Source of the DNA: Abditibacteriaceae bacterium | Lineage (GTDB): Bacteria; Armatimonadota; Abditibacteriia; Abditibacteriales; Abditibacteriaceae | Length of the DNA: 16,052 nt | Direction of reading: 5' to 3' | Assembly: GCA_031372065.1 (NCBI GenBank) | Contig: JANMKN010000359.1 | Location: 1-16,052 of the forward strand | Position numbers and translations under genes: made by a program | Shown here: positions 6,394 to 14,476 of the stretch, in pieces | Layout: the number at the start of each line of letters is the position of its first letter | How positions within the stretch are numbered: the stretch's first letter is position 1 | Notes under the pieces: model-generated | What the model saw: only the letters and a program-made list of their open reading frames with translations | Told to the model about the DNA's origin: nothing | Databases searched by the model: none

Positions 6394-8481
6394 ATGTCCG
6401 ATCAAACACGGGTGCCCCTTCCGCAACGGAACGGGGTCGCACCGAACGCCTTTGTGCGCCCGCAGCAAGGCGCTCAAAACAGCGTGCTGCACCAAAAAGC
6501 CGCACCGCCAACGCGATCATCAACGCTATCATCACCGCATCCGCAAAATCAATCACGTCCCGCGCAGCAGCTGGAGGCCACGCGACAACGCCGTCGGCGC
6601 TTCGAGGAAAATCGCTTTTTCATCGTCAACGGCATGACGACACGCTTTAGTCCTGATTTGGCGCGTGAGATCGGAGATCGGGAAAGCCAGCTCCTTTTGC
6701 AATACGAATACTGGATTGCTACCGAAGGCCTGCAATTATCCGATGGGCGCCGGTGTTTGCAAGATTCGTTGCGGGCCTTGCATGGCTTTTTCAGTTGGTG
6801 GACATTTAGCACGGTGCGACGCACCTTTGATAGTGTGGTGTCGCAAGGCTACCTTTACACGGAATCTGTGCCAGATGAGCGCTGCCAGTCCGGCACAAAC
6901 AAAAACGCGGGGCGTCTGGTCTTCATTCACTACGGCCATTGCGCGCGTCTGCAAAGCATTCAAGTTTCCTCGCGTAATTTCCTGCTTGACCCACCCAAAA
7001 ACGAACCCGGCAGCGAACCCGGCAGTGACATGGAAAACCACATGAAAAACCATGCAGGCAATGAGCCAGAATTGTTGGCAAACGCGCCTTGTTTAGGTGT
7101 CGAAAATGGTGTGCCAACTATGAATAATAAGGTGTGTCATAATGGCACACCTTGCGCCGAGGTGTTTCAAAATGGGGCCGAGGTGTGCCAAAATCAAGCA
7201 TTGGTGTGCCATAGTGGCACACCTCTCATATATAAAGAGCGCGCGCGTGAAAGAGTAAGAGAATATAAAGAGTCTTCGAGCGAAGAGCGCGCAGGCGCGC
7301 CCGGCGGCGCGCACGAAGCAACACCTTTGCCAGCTTCCTCCCCTCCCATACCAACGAGCGACGAACGGACGGACGACAGACGACGAAATTTTTCAAATTT
7401 TGAAAACGGCGGAAACGGCAAAAACGGCGAAACTGACGGTTTGCAGGTTGATGATTGGGGTAATTTGACCTGTGACGACGATGTGTTGGGTTTGCTGTAT
7501 GCTTTTGGCATCAGCGCCCAGAACATTCGTCACATCGAAACCAAAGACTGGGACGAAATTCCCGATGCGATTTGCTTCATGCGCCGAGAAAGTTTGAGCA
7601 TCGAAGAAATCGAAGAGTATGTTTCACGCTCTCGCAAACGCTATCATGCCGCCTATCTGTCGCAATTCGTCAAGCGCTTTTATCAAACCATGCCGCATTT
7701 GGCATCGCGCAAAAATGCGACCCGGCGTGCCAGTCAGCAAGGGAGTCAAGTGCCTAAATCGGCCCCGCCGCCAGCTTCCCCATCACCCGCGCTGCCCGCG
7801 CCAAAGGCGTCATCAGGCGAGGCGCCATCACACCAAACTTCGTCGCACCAAACTTCATCACACCAGCAGCCAAGCGAAACTCGCAGCTATGAAACGGAAT
7901 CTGACCGGCAGAGGCGTGTGCTGTATGCCGCACAAAGTGTCTTTCAAGCCCTTTCAAACGCTGATGCGGCAAATCTGCGAGATCGAGCTGAAAGTCAATT
8001 ACCGCCGCTCTTTGGTGACCGCCTGCGTTTGGCCCGCGCCAACCACAAAGAACCCGGTTATTCTGAATTGCGTGCCATCCAAGAGATGATTTTCCGGGTT
8101 CTCTGGCAAGAGCAAACATCCCTGTGCGAGGCCGCGTTAGGTGCGCAGCCCGAAGATATTGAAGCCGTGCCCTTGGTGCCAGTCTCGTTCGGAGGACTGC
8201 GCTACCCTGCCCTGCCAGCCGCGCCAGAAGAGCCAAGCAATGCACCGGGCCATGCAGCGGATAATACACCGCGTGAGAGCGAAATTTCCCAGACGAGGCC
8301 CAGCCCAGCAACGCCATCTAACTCGGCAACGGCACTCGAAAACACCGCGCCGCCAGCGCGCAGTCCGATGGCGAACGGATTCGCGAGCGGATTCGCAGGC
8401 GCAACTGACGTGATCGGCGGCGTGCTGCGCCAGATGCAAAACGGCGGCGTGTCCGAGGAGAGGCAGTTCCGCGCCGCTTAA
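6394..8481 (+). CDS. Phage replication initiator (lambda O-like / replisome organiser), N-terminal winged helix
   Basis: FSPDLAREIGDRESQLLLQYEYW...FFSWWTFSTVRRTFDSVVSQGYL resembles the wHTH of prophage initiators. An internal iteron cluster and A-rich tract follow the domain. AGGAGAGG SD. Confidence 0.78.
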   Translation: MSDQTRVPLPQRNGVAPNAFVRPQQGAQNSVLHQKAAPPTRSSTLSSPHPQNQSRPAQQLEATRQRRRRFEENRFFIVNGMTTRFSPDLAREIGDRESQLLLQYEYWIATEGLQLSDGRRCLQDSLRALHGFFSWWTFSTVRRTFDSVVSQGYLYTESVPDERCQSGTNKNAGRLVFIHYGHCARLQSIQVSSRNFLLDPPKNEPGSEPGSDMENHMKNHAGNEPELLANAPCLGVENGVPTMNNKVCHNGTPCAEVFQNGAEVCQNQALVCHSGTPLIYKERARERVREYKESSSEERAGAPGGAHEATPLPASSPPIPTSDERTDDRRRNFSNFENGGNGKNGETDGLQVDDWGNLTCDDDVLGLLYAFGISAQNIRHIETKDWDEIPDAICFMRRESLSIEEIEEYVSRSRKRYHAAYLSQFVKRFYQTMPHLASRKNATRRASQQGSQVPKSAPPPASPSPALPAPKASSGEAPSHQTSSHQTSSHQQPSETRSYETESDRQRRVLYAAQSVFQALSNADAANLRDRAESQLPPLFGDRLRLARANHKEPGYSELRAIQEMIFRVLWQEQTSLCEAALGAQPEDIEAVPLVPVSFGGLRYPALPAAPEEPSNAPGHAADNTPRESEISQTRPSPATPSNSATALENTAPPARSPMANGFASGFAGATDVIGGVLRQMQNGGVSEERQFRAA
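7096..7270. repeat. Iteron cluster / probable replication origin inside the initiator gene
   Basis: GGTGTGCCAWAATGG-like units at 7096, 7108, 7131, 7161, 7182 and 7203 (last three at 21-bp spacing). The 7129-7153 and 7203-7223 copies are near-perfect palindromes. Followed by a purine/A-rich tract with ATATAAAGAG twice. Confidence 0.75.
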
Positions 8482-8526
8482 AACCCCAATTAAGAACCAA
8501 GAAAACCCAAGGAGACACAGAATTTT

Positions 8527-9555
8527 ATGAGCCAGATCATCGAAATCCCCGAAGCAAAAACCGAAATTGCCACCGAAGCAAAGAGCGAAAAAGCAGACAA
8601 AAAACCGCGCCGCTATCCGCGCCTTGCGGATCGCATTTTAGGCGGCACGCCGTGGCTGGTGGCCCCGCATTACCGGCAGTCTCCCGAAGCCACCAAACGC
8701 TTTATCGCCAATGTGCGCGCTGAACTTTGTAACGAGCGCACGACTGTTATCGCGTGCGACACCATTGCCGAGTTTTTGCGTGACCAAGAAGCGCGACACC
8801 CCGAAGAATGGGACTTGACACGCGATATTCCCAACGCCAAACCGCACAATGATTTGATGTTCTGGGAATGGATTAACAAAGAGCCGGAGCCGCTTTACAC
8901 CGGCGTGCTGGTAAAAGGCGTTATCAAGCGTTCGCTATACGACGCCATTGAAGAGTTCACCGCGATTCAATCCAAGACCTTTGATTACGACGTGGCCATG
9001 GTGCTGGACAGTGCCCAGCGTGCCGAAAAAGCCGTCGAAGCAGCGGACGGGCAAAAAGTCGCCATGTTTTTGGTTGGCTCTGTGTTTCAGGGCACTCTGT
9101 TCCCCGTATTGGGAAAACGCAACAAGGAATTTCGAATTCGCACCGTCGGCTCGTTTGCGCTCACTATGAACGCCAGTGGCCGTCCCGTTCCCGACTCGCT
9201 TGCGCTCATGACTTGGGATGATGATGAAGGCGCCAAAGACCCCAATGCCGAGGCCGATTGGTCTGAAGCGGCCATGCGCCAAGAACTGCTGCAAGCTACA
9301 CGGCGTGTGCTTTTGATGCACACGTTGACGCGCGCCATCGAGTGCAACGTCACCACCATCGAACCGGCGCCTTTCAAAGGAGGCCGCACCGGGAAAGCCC
9401 ATGCCCGTGATTTTTGTTCGTTCAACAGCGTGGATTTGGGCACCCTGCCGCGCAAATTGGTGGAGGAAGGTTTTGCCGCCCGCGAAGGTCTCAAGCAAGC
9501 TTTGGTTTATATGGCGTTCAAGTTCGCCGCCTCGCCCGTTGAGTGGAGGGACTGA
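8527..9555 (+). CDS. Hypothetical protein (342 aa)
   Basis: Long co-oriented ORF with AAGGAG upstream. No motif recognised. Confidence 0.8.
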   Translation: MSQIIEIPEAKTEIATEAKSEKADKKPRRYPRLADRILGGTPWLVAPHYRQSPEATKRFIANVRAELCNERTTVIACDTIAEFLRDQEARHPEEWDLTRDIPNAKPHNDLMFWEWINKEPEPLYTGVLVKGVIKRSLYDAIEEFTAIQSKTFDYDVAMVLDSAQRAEKAVEAADGQKVAMFLVGSVFQGTLFPVLGKRNKEFRIRTVGSFALTMNASGRPVPDSLALMTWDDDEGAKDPNAEADWSEAAMRQELLQATRRVLLMHTLTRAIECNVTTIEPAPFKGGRTGKAHARDFCSFNSVDLGTLPRKLVEEGFAAREGLKQALVYMAFKFAASPVEWRD

Positions 9556-9565
9556 GAGGCCAAGC

Positions 9566-9877
9566 ATGACAAATAAGACAACCAGAATCTGCGGAGGCTG
9601 TATTCATCTCCAGTTTGATAACAGTTACCGGATGGATACCCTCCGCGAGACAGGGATTTCTATACCGAAGGTGTGCGCTGTCGGCTCTAACCAAGTCAGG
9701 CGATTTATTCCTCTTTTCGGAAGTTGGGTGCTTTGCCCCGCAGAAAACTGTCCGCGCCAGCAAAAAGGGACAGCGGCGGAGATTATAGATTTGGAATGGA
9801 CTGACGAAAGGCCCGCAGGTGAGGGTTATCCAAATCAGGGCTGCGAAAACTGCAAAAATTCACCAGAAGGTTTTTAA
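9566..9877 (+). CDS. Small Cys-rich hypothetical protein
   Basis: ATG 9566 after GAGG; CGGC, C..CPAENC and CENC motifs; fills the gap between flanking genes. Confidence 0.6.
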   Translation: MTNKTTRICGGCIHLQFDNSYRMDTLRETGISIPKVCAVGSNQVRRFIPLFGSWVLCPAENCPRQQKGTAAEIIDLEWTDERPAGEGYPNQGCENCKNSPEGF

Positions 9878-9893
9878 GAATGTGACCAACATT

Positions 9894-11081
9894 ATGCAAC
9901 CTTTAAAACTCCTCACAGCGGAACGAGCGCCACTCAGCAACGGCATCAGCACGACGCCCGAAATCATGACTCTACTCACCAACGGGGCACCTGTCGCATT
10001 GGGTGTCAGCGGTGGTAAAGATTCCTGTGCCCTTGCCATTGCCACCAACGAATATCTGAATTCCATTAGTCATACCGGCCCACGCGTTTTGATACACAGC
10101 GATCTGGGCCGCGTTGAGTGGCGCGATTCACTGCCGACCTGCCAGCGCCTTGCCCAGTTTTTGGACTTGGAATTGACTGTGGTGCAGCGCGGCGCCGGTG
10201 ACATGATGGACAGGTGGCAAGTGCGCTGGGAAAACAACATGGCGCGCTATGCCAATCTCTCTTGTGTCAAGATCATTTTGCCGTGGTCGACCCCGTCCAT
10301 GCGCTTTTGCACCTCGGAATTGAAAACCGCTGTTATCTGCGCCGAGTTGAAAAAGCGTTTCCCCGGCCAGACCATCATCAGTGCTTCGGGCATTCGCCGC
10401 GATGAAAGCGCCAAACGCGCCAAGGCTCCTGTTGCCGCCGCGCAAGAGAAACTTACTGGTAAAACATTAGGCACCACTGGCTTCGATTGGCATCCCATCG
10501 TGGAATGGTCAACCGAGGACGTTTTCGCTCTGCTGTGTAATCGCGGCTTTGCTTTGCACGAGGCGTATACCACCTACAGCGCCTCACGCGTTTCCTGTGT
10601 ATTTTGCATCATGTCCGCGCTGAGGGATTTAAAGGCCGGGGCCAGCTGCTCGGATAACCATGCCATCTATCGCCAAATGTGTGCGCTGGAGATTGCTTCA
10701 ACCTTCTCTTTTCAAGAGAATCAGTGGCTCAGTGATATTGCACCGCATCTGCTGGACAGTGAAATCCGCGAACATCTGCCGGAAGCCAAGCACCGCGCCG
10801 CTCTGCGCGAAAAGGCTGAGGCGCAAATTCCAAAGCACTTATTGTATTGCAAGCAATGGCCGATCTGCATTCCGACGTTGGCCGAGGCGGAGCTACTCAC
10901 CCAAGTGCGCCTGAGCGTGGCTGAAACTGTTGGCTTGACAATCCGCTGCACCGATCCGTTTTCGATTATCGCGCGCTACGAGGAATTGACGCAATTGAAA
11001 AAGCAAAAAAGCAAAGCCAAGGACAGATTAACCTCTGCGCCAGATTGCACTGCCCAGAGAAGATTGGAGTGGGCGGCATGA
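9894..11081 (+). CDS. PAPS-reductase-family (CysH/DndC-like) PP-loop protein
   Basis: VALGVSGGKDS PP-loop, RFCTSELK, GIRRDESAKR, HPIVEWS and RVSCVFC. Start uncertain (ATG 9894 chosen; frame is open from 9819). Confidence 0.9.
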   Translation: MQPLKLLTAERAPLSNGISTTPEIMTLLTNGAPVALGVSGGKDSCALAIATNEYLNSISHTGPRVLIHSDLGRVEWRDSLPTCQRLAQFLDLELTVVQRGAGDMMDRWQVRWENNMARYANLSCVKIILPWSTPSMRFCTSELKTAVICAELKKRFPGQTIISASGIRRDESAKRAKAPVAAAQEKLTGKTLGTTGFDWHPIVEWSTEDVFALLCNRGFALHEAYTTYSASRVSCVFCIMSALRDLKAGASCSDNHAIYRQMCALEIASTFSFQENQWLSDIAPHLLDSEIREHLPEAKHRAALREKAEAQIPKHLLYCKQWPICIPTLAEAELLTQVRLSVAETVGLTIRCTDPFSIIARYEELTQLKKQKSKAKDRLTSAPDCTAQRRLEWAA

Positions 11082-11527
11082 TCACAAAACGATTTCCTAT
11101 CACACCCAAAACGGGATACAGGCTGCTTGATAAAATGAACCAGCTACACGCTGATATGGCAGCACAGGTGTTGGAATTCATTTTGTTAAAAAATGACGGT
11201 GCACCCGCCCGGTGGATCAGCTATCAATCCGGCTTGTCTGATGATGAGCTGGAAGCAGCCATCGCATTTGAATTCGGCGCCTATCAAGAGAAAAACTACA
11301 TCACTGGGTGGCATGGCGAGATTTGTTTTCAATTTATGGGTAAGAATTGGGCGCCGTTGGTTATACGCACCGTCGAAGATAGCCAAGCCATCTTGTTTGG
11401 CAAGCCATTATTGCAGGCTGTTCGCCAGTTGTTGGAAATTCCAAACACACAGCCGGGGCACAGCGATAGTGAAGCACCCTCTGTCCAACTTGAGCTTGTC
11501 TTTGAAAAAATAGGATCCCTTGCATGA
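11078..11527 (+). CDS. Hypothetical protein
   Basis: ATGA overlaps with both neighbours (11078-11081 and 11524-11527); GGAG SD. Confidence 0.75.
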   Translation: MITKRFPITPKTGYRLLDKMNQLHADMAAQVLEFILLKNDGAPARWISYQSGLSDDELEAAIAFEFGAYQEKNYITGWHGEICFQFMGKNWAPLVIRTVEDSQAILFGKPLLQAVRQLLEIPNTQPGHSDSEAPSVQLELVFEKIGSLA

Positions 11528-12177
11528 ACTATCAATTTCGTTCCTTGACCGTTTGGCCGCGCGCCTTTGCCCAAGACCAGCGGCCCTCCCAATTCTCGTC
11601 CACTTATAGTTCTACACTTCAACTTTTGGAAAAAGAACTGAATTTCATCGACGCGCGCCATGTGGTGATTGAATTGGCAGTTCCATCTGACCAAATCCGC
11701 AACGATGGCTTGCCACGCTCCACAGCGCGCCCCACGCATCCGGGCGTGATTGTGTCCTTTGATTTGCCATGCTATATAAATGGGAAATGGGCAACGCGAC
11801 CATTGAATATGCCATGCGATTCCTTTACCAAGTGGCAGGATAATTTGCGGGCAATTGCTTTGACCCTCGAAGCGTTACGCAAAATCAATCGCTATGGCGT
11901 GACGCAAGGTGGTGAGCAATATAAAGGTTGGGCCGCCTTACCAGAGCCAGAACCGAAAACAGATTTAGCGAAGGTTGGTGATGCCGTCGCGTTTGTAGCA
12001 CGTCATTCGGAGACGGGGATAGCCCCCTCCAAACTCTTAAAGAGTGCCGAGCAAACAAAAAATGCTTACCGCGCCGCCGCGCGCCGCTTGCATCCCGATG
12101 TTGGAGGGAATGAAGAGGATTTCAAAAACTTGCAAACGGCTTATGAAACGCTGAATCGTCACCATCAGCAAAAGTGA
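11524..12177 (+). CDS. Phage J-domain (DnaJ-like) protein
   Basis: C-terminal AYRAAARRLHPDVGGNEEDFKNLQTAYETL (HPD motif). N-terminal RNDGLPR..PGVIVSF..CDSF..NLRAIALTLEALR..RYGV domain is typical of phage-borne J proteins. Confidence 0.9.
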   Translation: MNYQFRSLTVWPRAFAQDQRPSQFSSTYSSTLQLLEKELNFIDARHVVIELAVPSDQIRNDGLPRSTARPTHPGVIVSFDLPCYINGKWATRPLNMPCDSFTKWQDNLRAIALTLEALRKINRYGVTQGGEQYKGWAALPEPEPKTDLAKVGDAVAFVARHSETGIAPSKLLKSAEQTKNAYRAAARRLHPDVGGNEEDFKNLQTAYETLNRHHQQK

Positions 12178-12333
12178 CGAGGAAGATGTATATAGACACA
12201 ACTGGAACAAATTTTGCACAAAAATGAACGTCGCTGAAATCACAGGGGTATTGGAATTAAAACTACAGCGACTTAGTGAAGACTATGAGGAAAGTGGAAC
12301 TCCATAGAAGTCTGCCTTGCAAGGCCTTTTCTC

Positions 12334-13071
12334 TTAGTCTTCTTTTTTTGTTGCTTCGCCACCGGCCTGTTCCTGCATCGCTATTTCTTCACTGACCAAC
12401 TCATCCAGACGCGCGCCGAGTTCCCGGCGCGCCACGAACTCGATAACCCGCAGACGTAGCCATTCAGCGCGCGTAGGGCGGTTTGCCTCGCGCGCGACTA
12501 TGGCGCTCGTGATTTCATCGGCGCTTTGCCAGTCTCGCAAAACATGAACTGTGACCTTGAAGCGGGCCGCGAACTCAATAAAACGCACCTGTGAGTCGCG
12601 CAACTGCCCCAGCCGGTCTTTGACTTCGATCAAAATCACGCGGCTGCCACGCAACGCAATTACATCGGGCAGGCCGCTGCTGGCCCAACGCGGCTCCATT
12701 CCGAAAATCCGATAGGCGCGCAGATAGCTGCCCGTTTCGGTTTTCATTCTGCCGGAGTTCATGCGCACCACCAGCCACCCGGCGGCGAACAAACGTTCCA
12801 TAATGCGTTGCTGGATTACCTTTTCGGGAATCTCTTCCGGTTTGAGAATGCCCTTGCCACCAGAAAAGCGCTCCGTGCGGCGTGGGCCACGCGCGGCGTC
12901 TTTTATGGCTTTTTGCTCTGGCGTGAGGGTTTCTTTTGGGTTTTTGCTGTTGTTGGCTTTAACCCCTTTGCCATTGCTTTTGCCATTGCATTGTGGGCAG
13001 CGCGCCCGTTGTGATTTTTCGGAATATTCCAATTGTGAGGAACAACGCGAACAGAAAAGAGGAATTTGCAC
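12334..13071 (-). CDS. VRR-NUC (PD-(D/E)xK) nuclease with N-terminal zinc ribbon
   Basis: EKVIQQRI...GLPDVIALRGSRVILIEVK...GQLRDSQVRF; N-terminal CSRC..CPQC; GTG start with weak SD. Confidence 0.88.
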   Translation of the reverse strand: MQIPLFCSRCSSQLEYSEKSQRARCPQCNGKSNGKGVKANNSKNPKETLTPEQKAIKDAARGPRRTERFSGGKGILKPEEIPEKVIQQRIMERLFAAGWLVVRMNSGRMKTETGSYLRAYRIFGMEPRWASSGLPDVIALRGSRVILIEVKDRLGQLRDSQVRFIEFAARFKVTVHVLRDWQSADEITSAIVAREANRPTRAEWLRLRVIEFVARRELGARLDELVSEEIAMQEQAGGEATKKED

Positions 13072-13113
13072 GGCCTAACCAATCGGTGGTGAATGGGGAA
13101 ATCCCTCTGACGG

Positions 13114-13226
13114 GTGGACTAATTTCAGATTAAGCCTCGAAATATGCCACTCTCGAACAACGATATTGGCGAGTGAAAAACGTCCAAGTGGACTAATTTC
13201 AAAATTAAGTCTCGAAATATACCACT
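13114..13226 (-). repeat. Two 38/39-bp hairpin direct repeats separated by a 36-bp unique spacer
   Basis: GTGGACTAATTTCAGATTAAGCCTCGAAATATGCCACT (13114-13151) and GTGGACTAATTTCAAAATTAAGTCTCGAAATATACCACT (13188-13226). Confidence 0.9.
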
Positions 13227-13670
13227 TTACGGCGAACGGGCAGAAGCCTCCGCAGGCTGGTCGCTGCTTTCCGAACTGCGTTCCAAATCGCCGCCGAGCA
13301 GCTTCACAAGGCGGCGGCCTTCTGCATCAATTTCATCCGCTAAAATTCGATACTTAGCGGGTAAAAAATGACGCACCAAATGATTCATGCGAAGGACATT
13401 GTGGGTGAACCGCACGAGATTATCGGTGTAGCGGTCTACGCGCCGCTTTAATACATCGTTTTCGAGGCGAACGGCCTTAATTTCGGCTTCGTTTGCGTCC
13501 AGATCGGCGCGCAAAGAAGCGCGCACTTCGGTTTCGATGGCGCGGATTTGTTCGCTGTTTTTTGAGGATTGTGTGTAACGCGCTGTGATGAGAGCAGCTA
13601 AAACACTACTGCCCATCACAGCGGCAATCAAAAGTAGCACAACGTGCCAGAGCGTCAGCGTAGCGGGCAT
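13227..13670 (-). CDS. Membrane-anchored coiled-coil protein, probable lysis accessory
   Basis: ATG 13670 after AAGGGG; N-terminal TM (WHVVLLLIAAVMGSSVLAALITA) then a coiled coil; immediately downstream of the holin-like gene. Confidence 0.72.
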   Translation of the reverse strand: MPATLTLWHVVLLLIAAVMGSSVLAALITARYTQSSKNSEQIRAIETEVRASLRADLDANEAEIKAVRLENDVLKRRVDRYTDNLVRFTHNVLRMNHLVRHFLPAKYRILADEIDAEGRRLVKLLGGDLERSSESSDQPAEASARSP

Positions 13671-13793
13671 CACTGACCCCTTTCCAACACAGTAGAACCC
13701 TGCCTGTGAGGTGCTACTGTGTGCAATGAGAATAGCCGCAAACGCGGTCAAAAGTTTTGAGGTTTGATTTTTAAGTTTTTGGTTGGAAAAAGA

Positions 13794-14204
13794 TTATGAA
13801 AAATCTTCGTCGTTCGTCGTTTGGTCAGTCGTTTTTTCGCCTGTTGTATTTTCCAACAGGGTATTTTCCAACAAGGCGGATGCGAACCCTGTTGAGAACT
13901 CTTCCAGCGCCGCCGCGCCATTTGCTTTGGCAAAATGCCGGTAAATCGTCACAGTGAGCGCAAACAAGGCGATGCTGGTCGAAGCCAAATCGGAGAAATC
14001 AAGGTGCCCAGTTCGCTTCAGTAAAACAGCGGCCACCACAGCGCAGGCGCCAAGCGTGACGCGAGAGCGCACCGCATCCGACCAGTGGCGCTGTTGCATC
14101 AGGGCAATAAGATACGGCATCACGAAGCTGATTATCATCAGGAGCGGTGCCAGTTGCGCCAAGGCAGTGGCGGGCAAAACCAGTGTTAAATCGGGGAATT
14201 CCAT
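13794..14204 (-). CDS. Holin-like membrane protein
   Basis: Three hydrophobic segments, IALMQQRHWS motif reminiscent of phage holins, charged C-terminus; strong SD GGAGGTG. Confidence 0.65.
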   Translation of the reverse strand: MEFPDLTLVLPATALAQLAPLLMIISFVMPYLIALMQQRHWSDAVRSRVTLGACAVVAAVLLKRTGHLDFSDLASTSIALFALTVTIYRHFAKANGAAALEEFSTGFASALLENTLLENTTGEKTTDQTTNDEDFS

Positions 14205-14256
14205 CTAAATCACCTCCCAAAGTCCAAAATAAACTCCGAAACAAACAGCGCAAGCC

Positions 14257-14298
14257 AAAAACAAAAAACCGGACTTCTCTGTTTTTAGAGAAGTCCGG
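14257..14298 (-). terminator. Intrinsic terminator in the leader of the holin-like gene
   Basis: Perfect 12-bp stem CCGGACTTCTCT/AGAGAAGTCCGG (14269-14298), followed on the minus strand by TTTTTTGTTTTT. Confidence 0.85.
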
Positions 14299-14335
14299 CT
14301 CTGGGCCTGGACAAAATACGTTGGAGCAAATCAAT

Positions 14336-14386
14336 TGTGAACCAAATGCGAACCATGGTTCACAGCACATCAGTGCAATGTATAAT
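14336..14386 (+). promoter_or_regulatory. Promoter (TTCACA-16-TATAAT) overlapped by a palindromic operator resembling a Gram-positive LexA box
   Basis: TATAAT 14381-14386, TTCACA 14359-14364, CGAACCATGGTTCA 14349-14362, and wider inverted repeat TGTGAACCA/TGGTTCACA 14336-14364. Confidence 0.55.
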
Positions 14387-14476
14387 TATTAAAACAGATT
14401 TTTCGCCAAAGTGTTGGGAATCACCTGTTTATTCTCGCGCACTCTCTCGTGGTTGCCTCCGTTTTGGGCCTTCTTT

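Noticed and set aside
9375..9402. GGRTGKA in ORF 8527-9555 as a Walker A motif
   Set aside because: Spacing and final residue do not fit GxxxxGK[ST], it lies near the C-terminus, and no Walker B follows.
8935..9567. 210-aa minus-strand ORF and similar long antisense ORFs (7754-8317, 4385-4798)
   Set aside because: Fully overlap better-supported plus-strand genes that have SD sequences and operon continuity.
9894..11081. Assigning gene symbol cysH or dndC
   Set aside because: Family motifs only; lacks the C-terminal ECGLH motif of CysH and has no dnd partner genes.
13114..13226. Calling this a bona fide CRISPR array
   Set aside because: Only two imperfect repeats, no leader evidence and no cas genes; kept as a repeat and a hypothesis.
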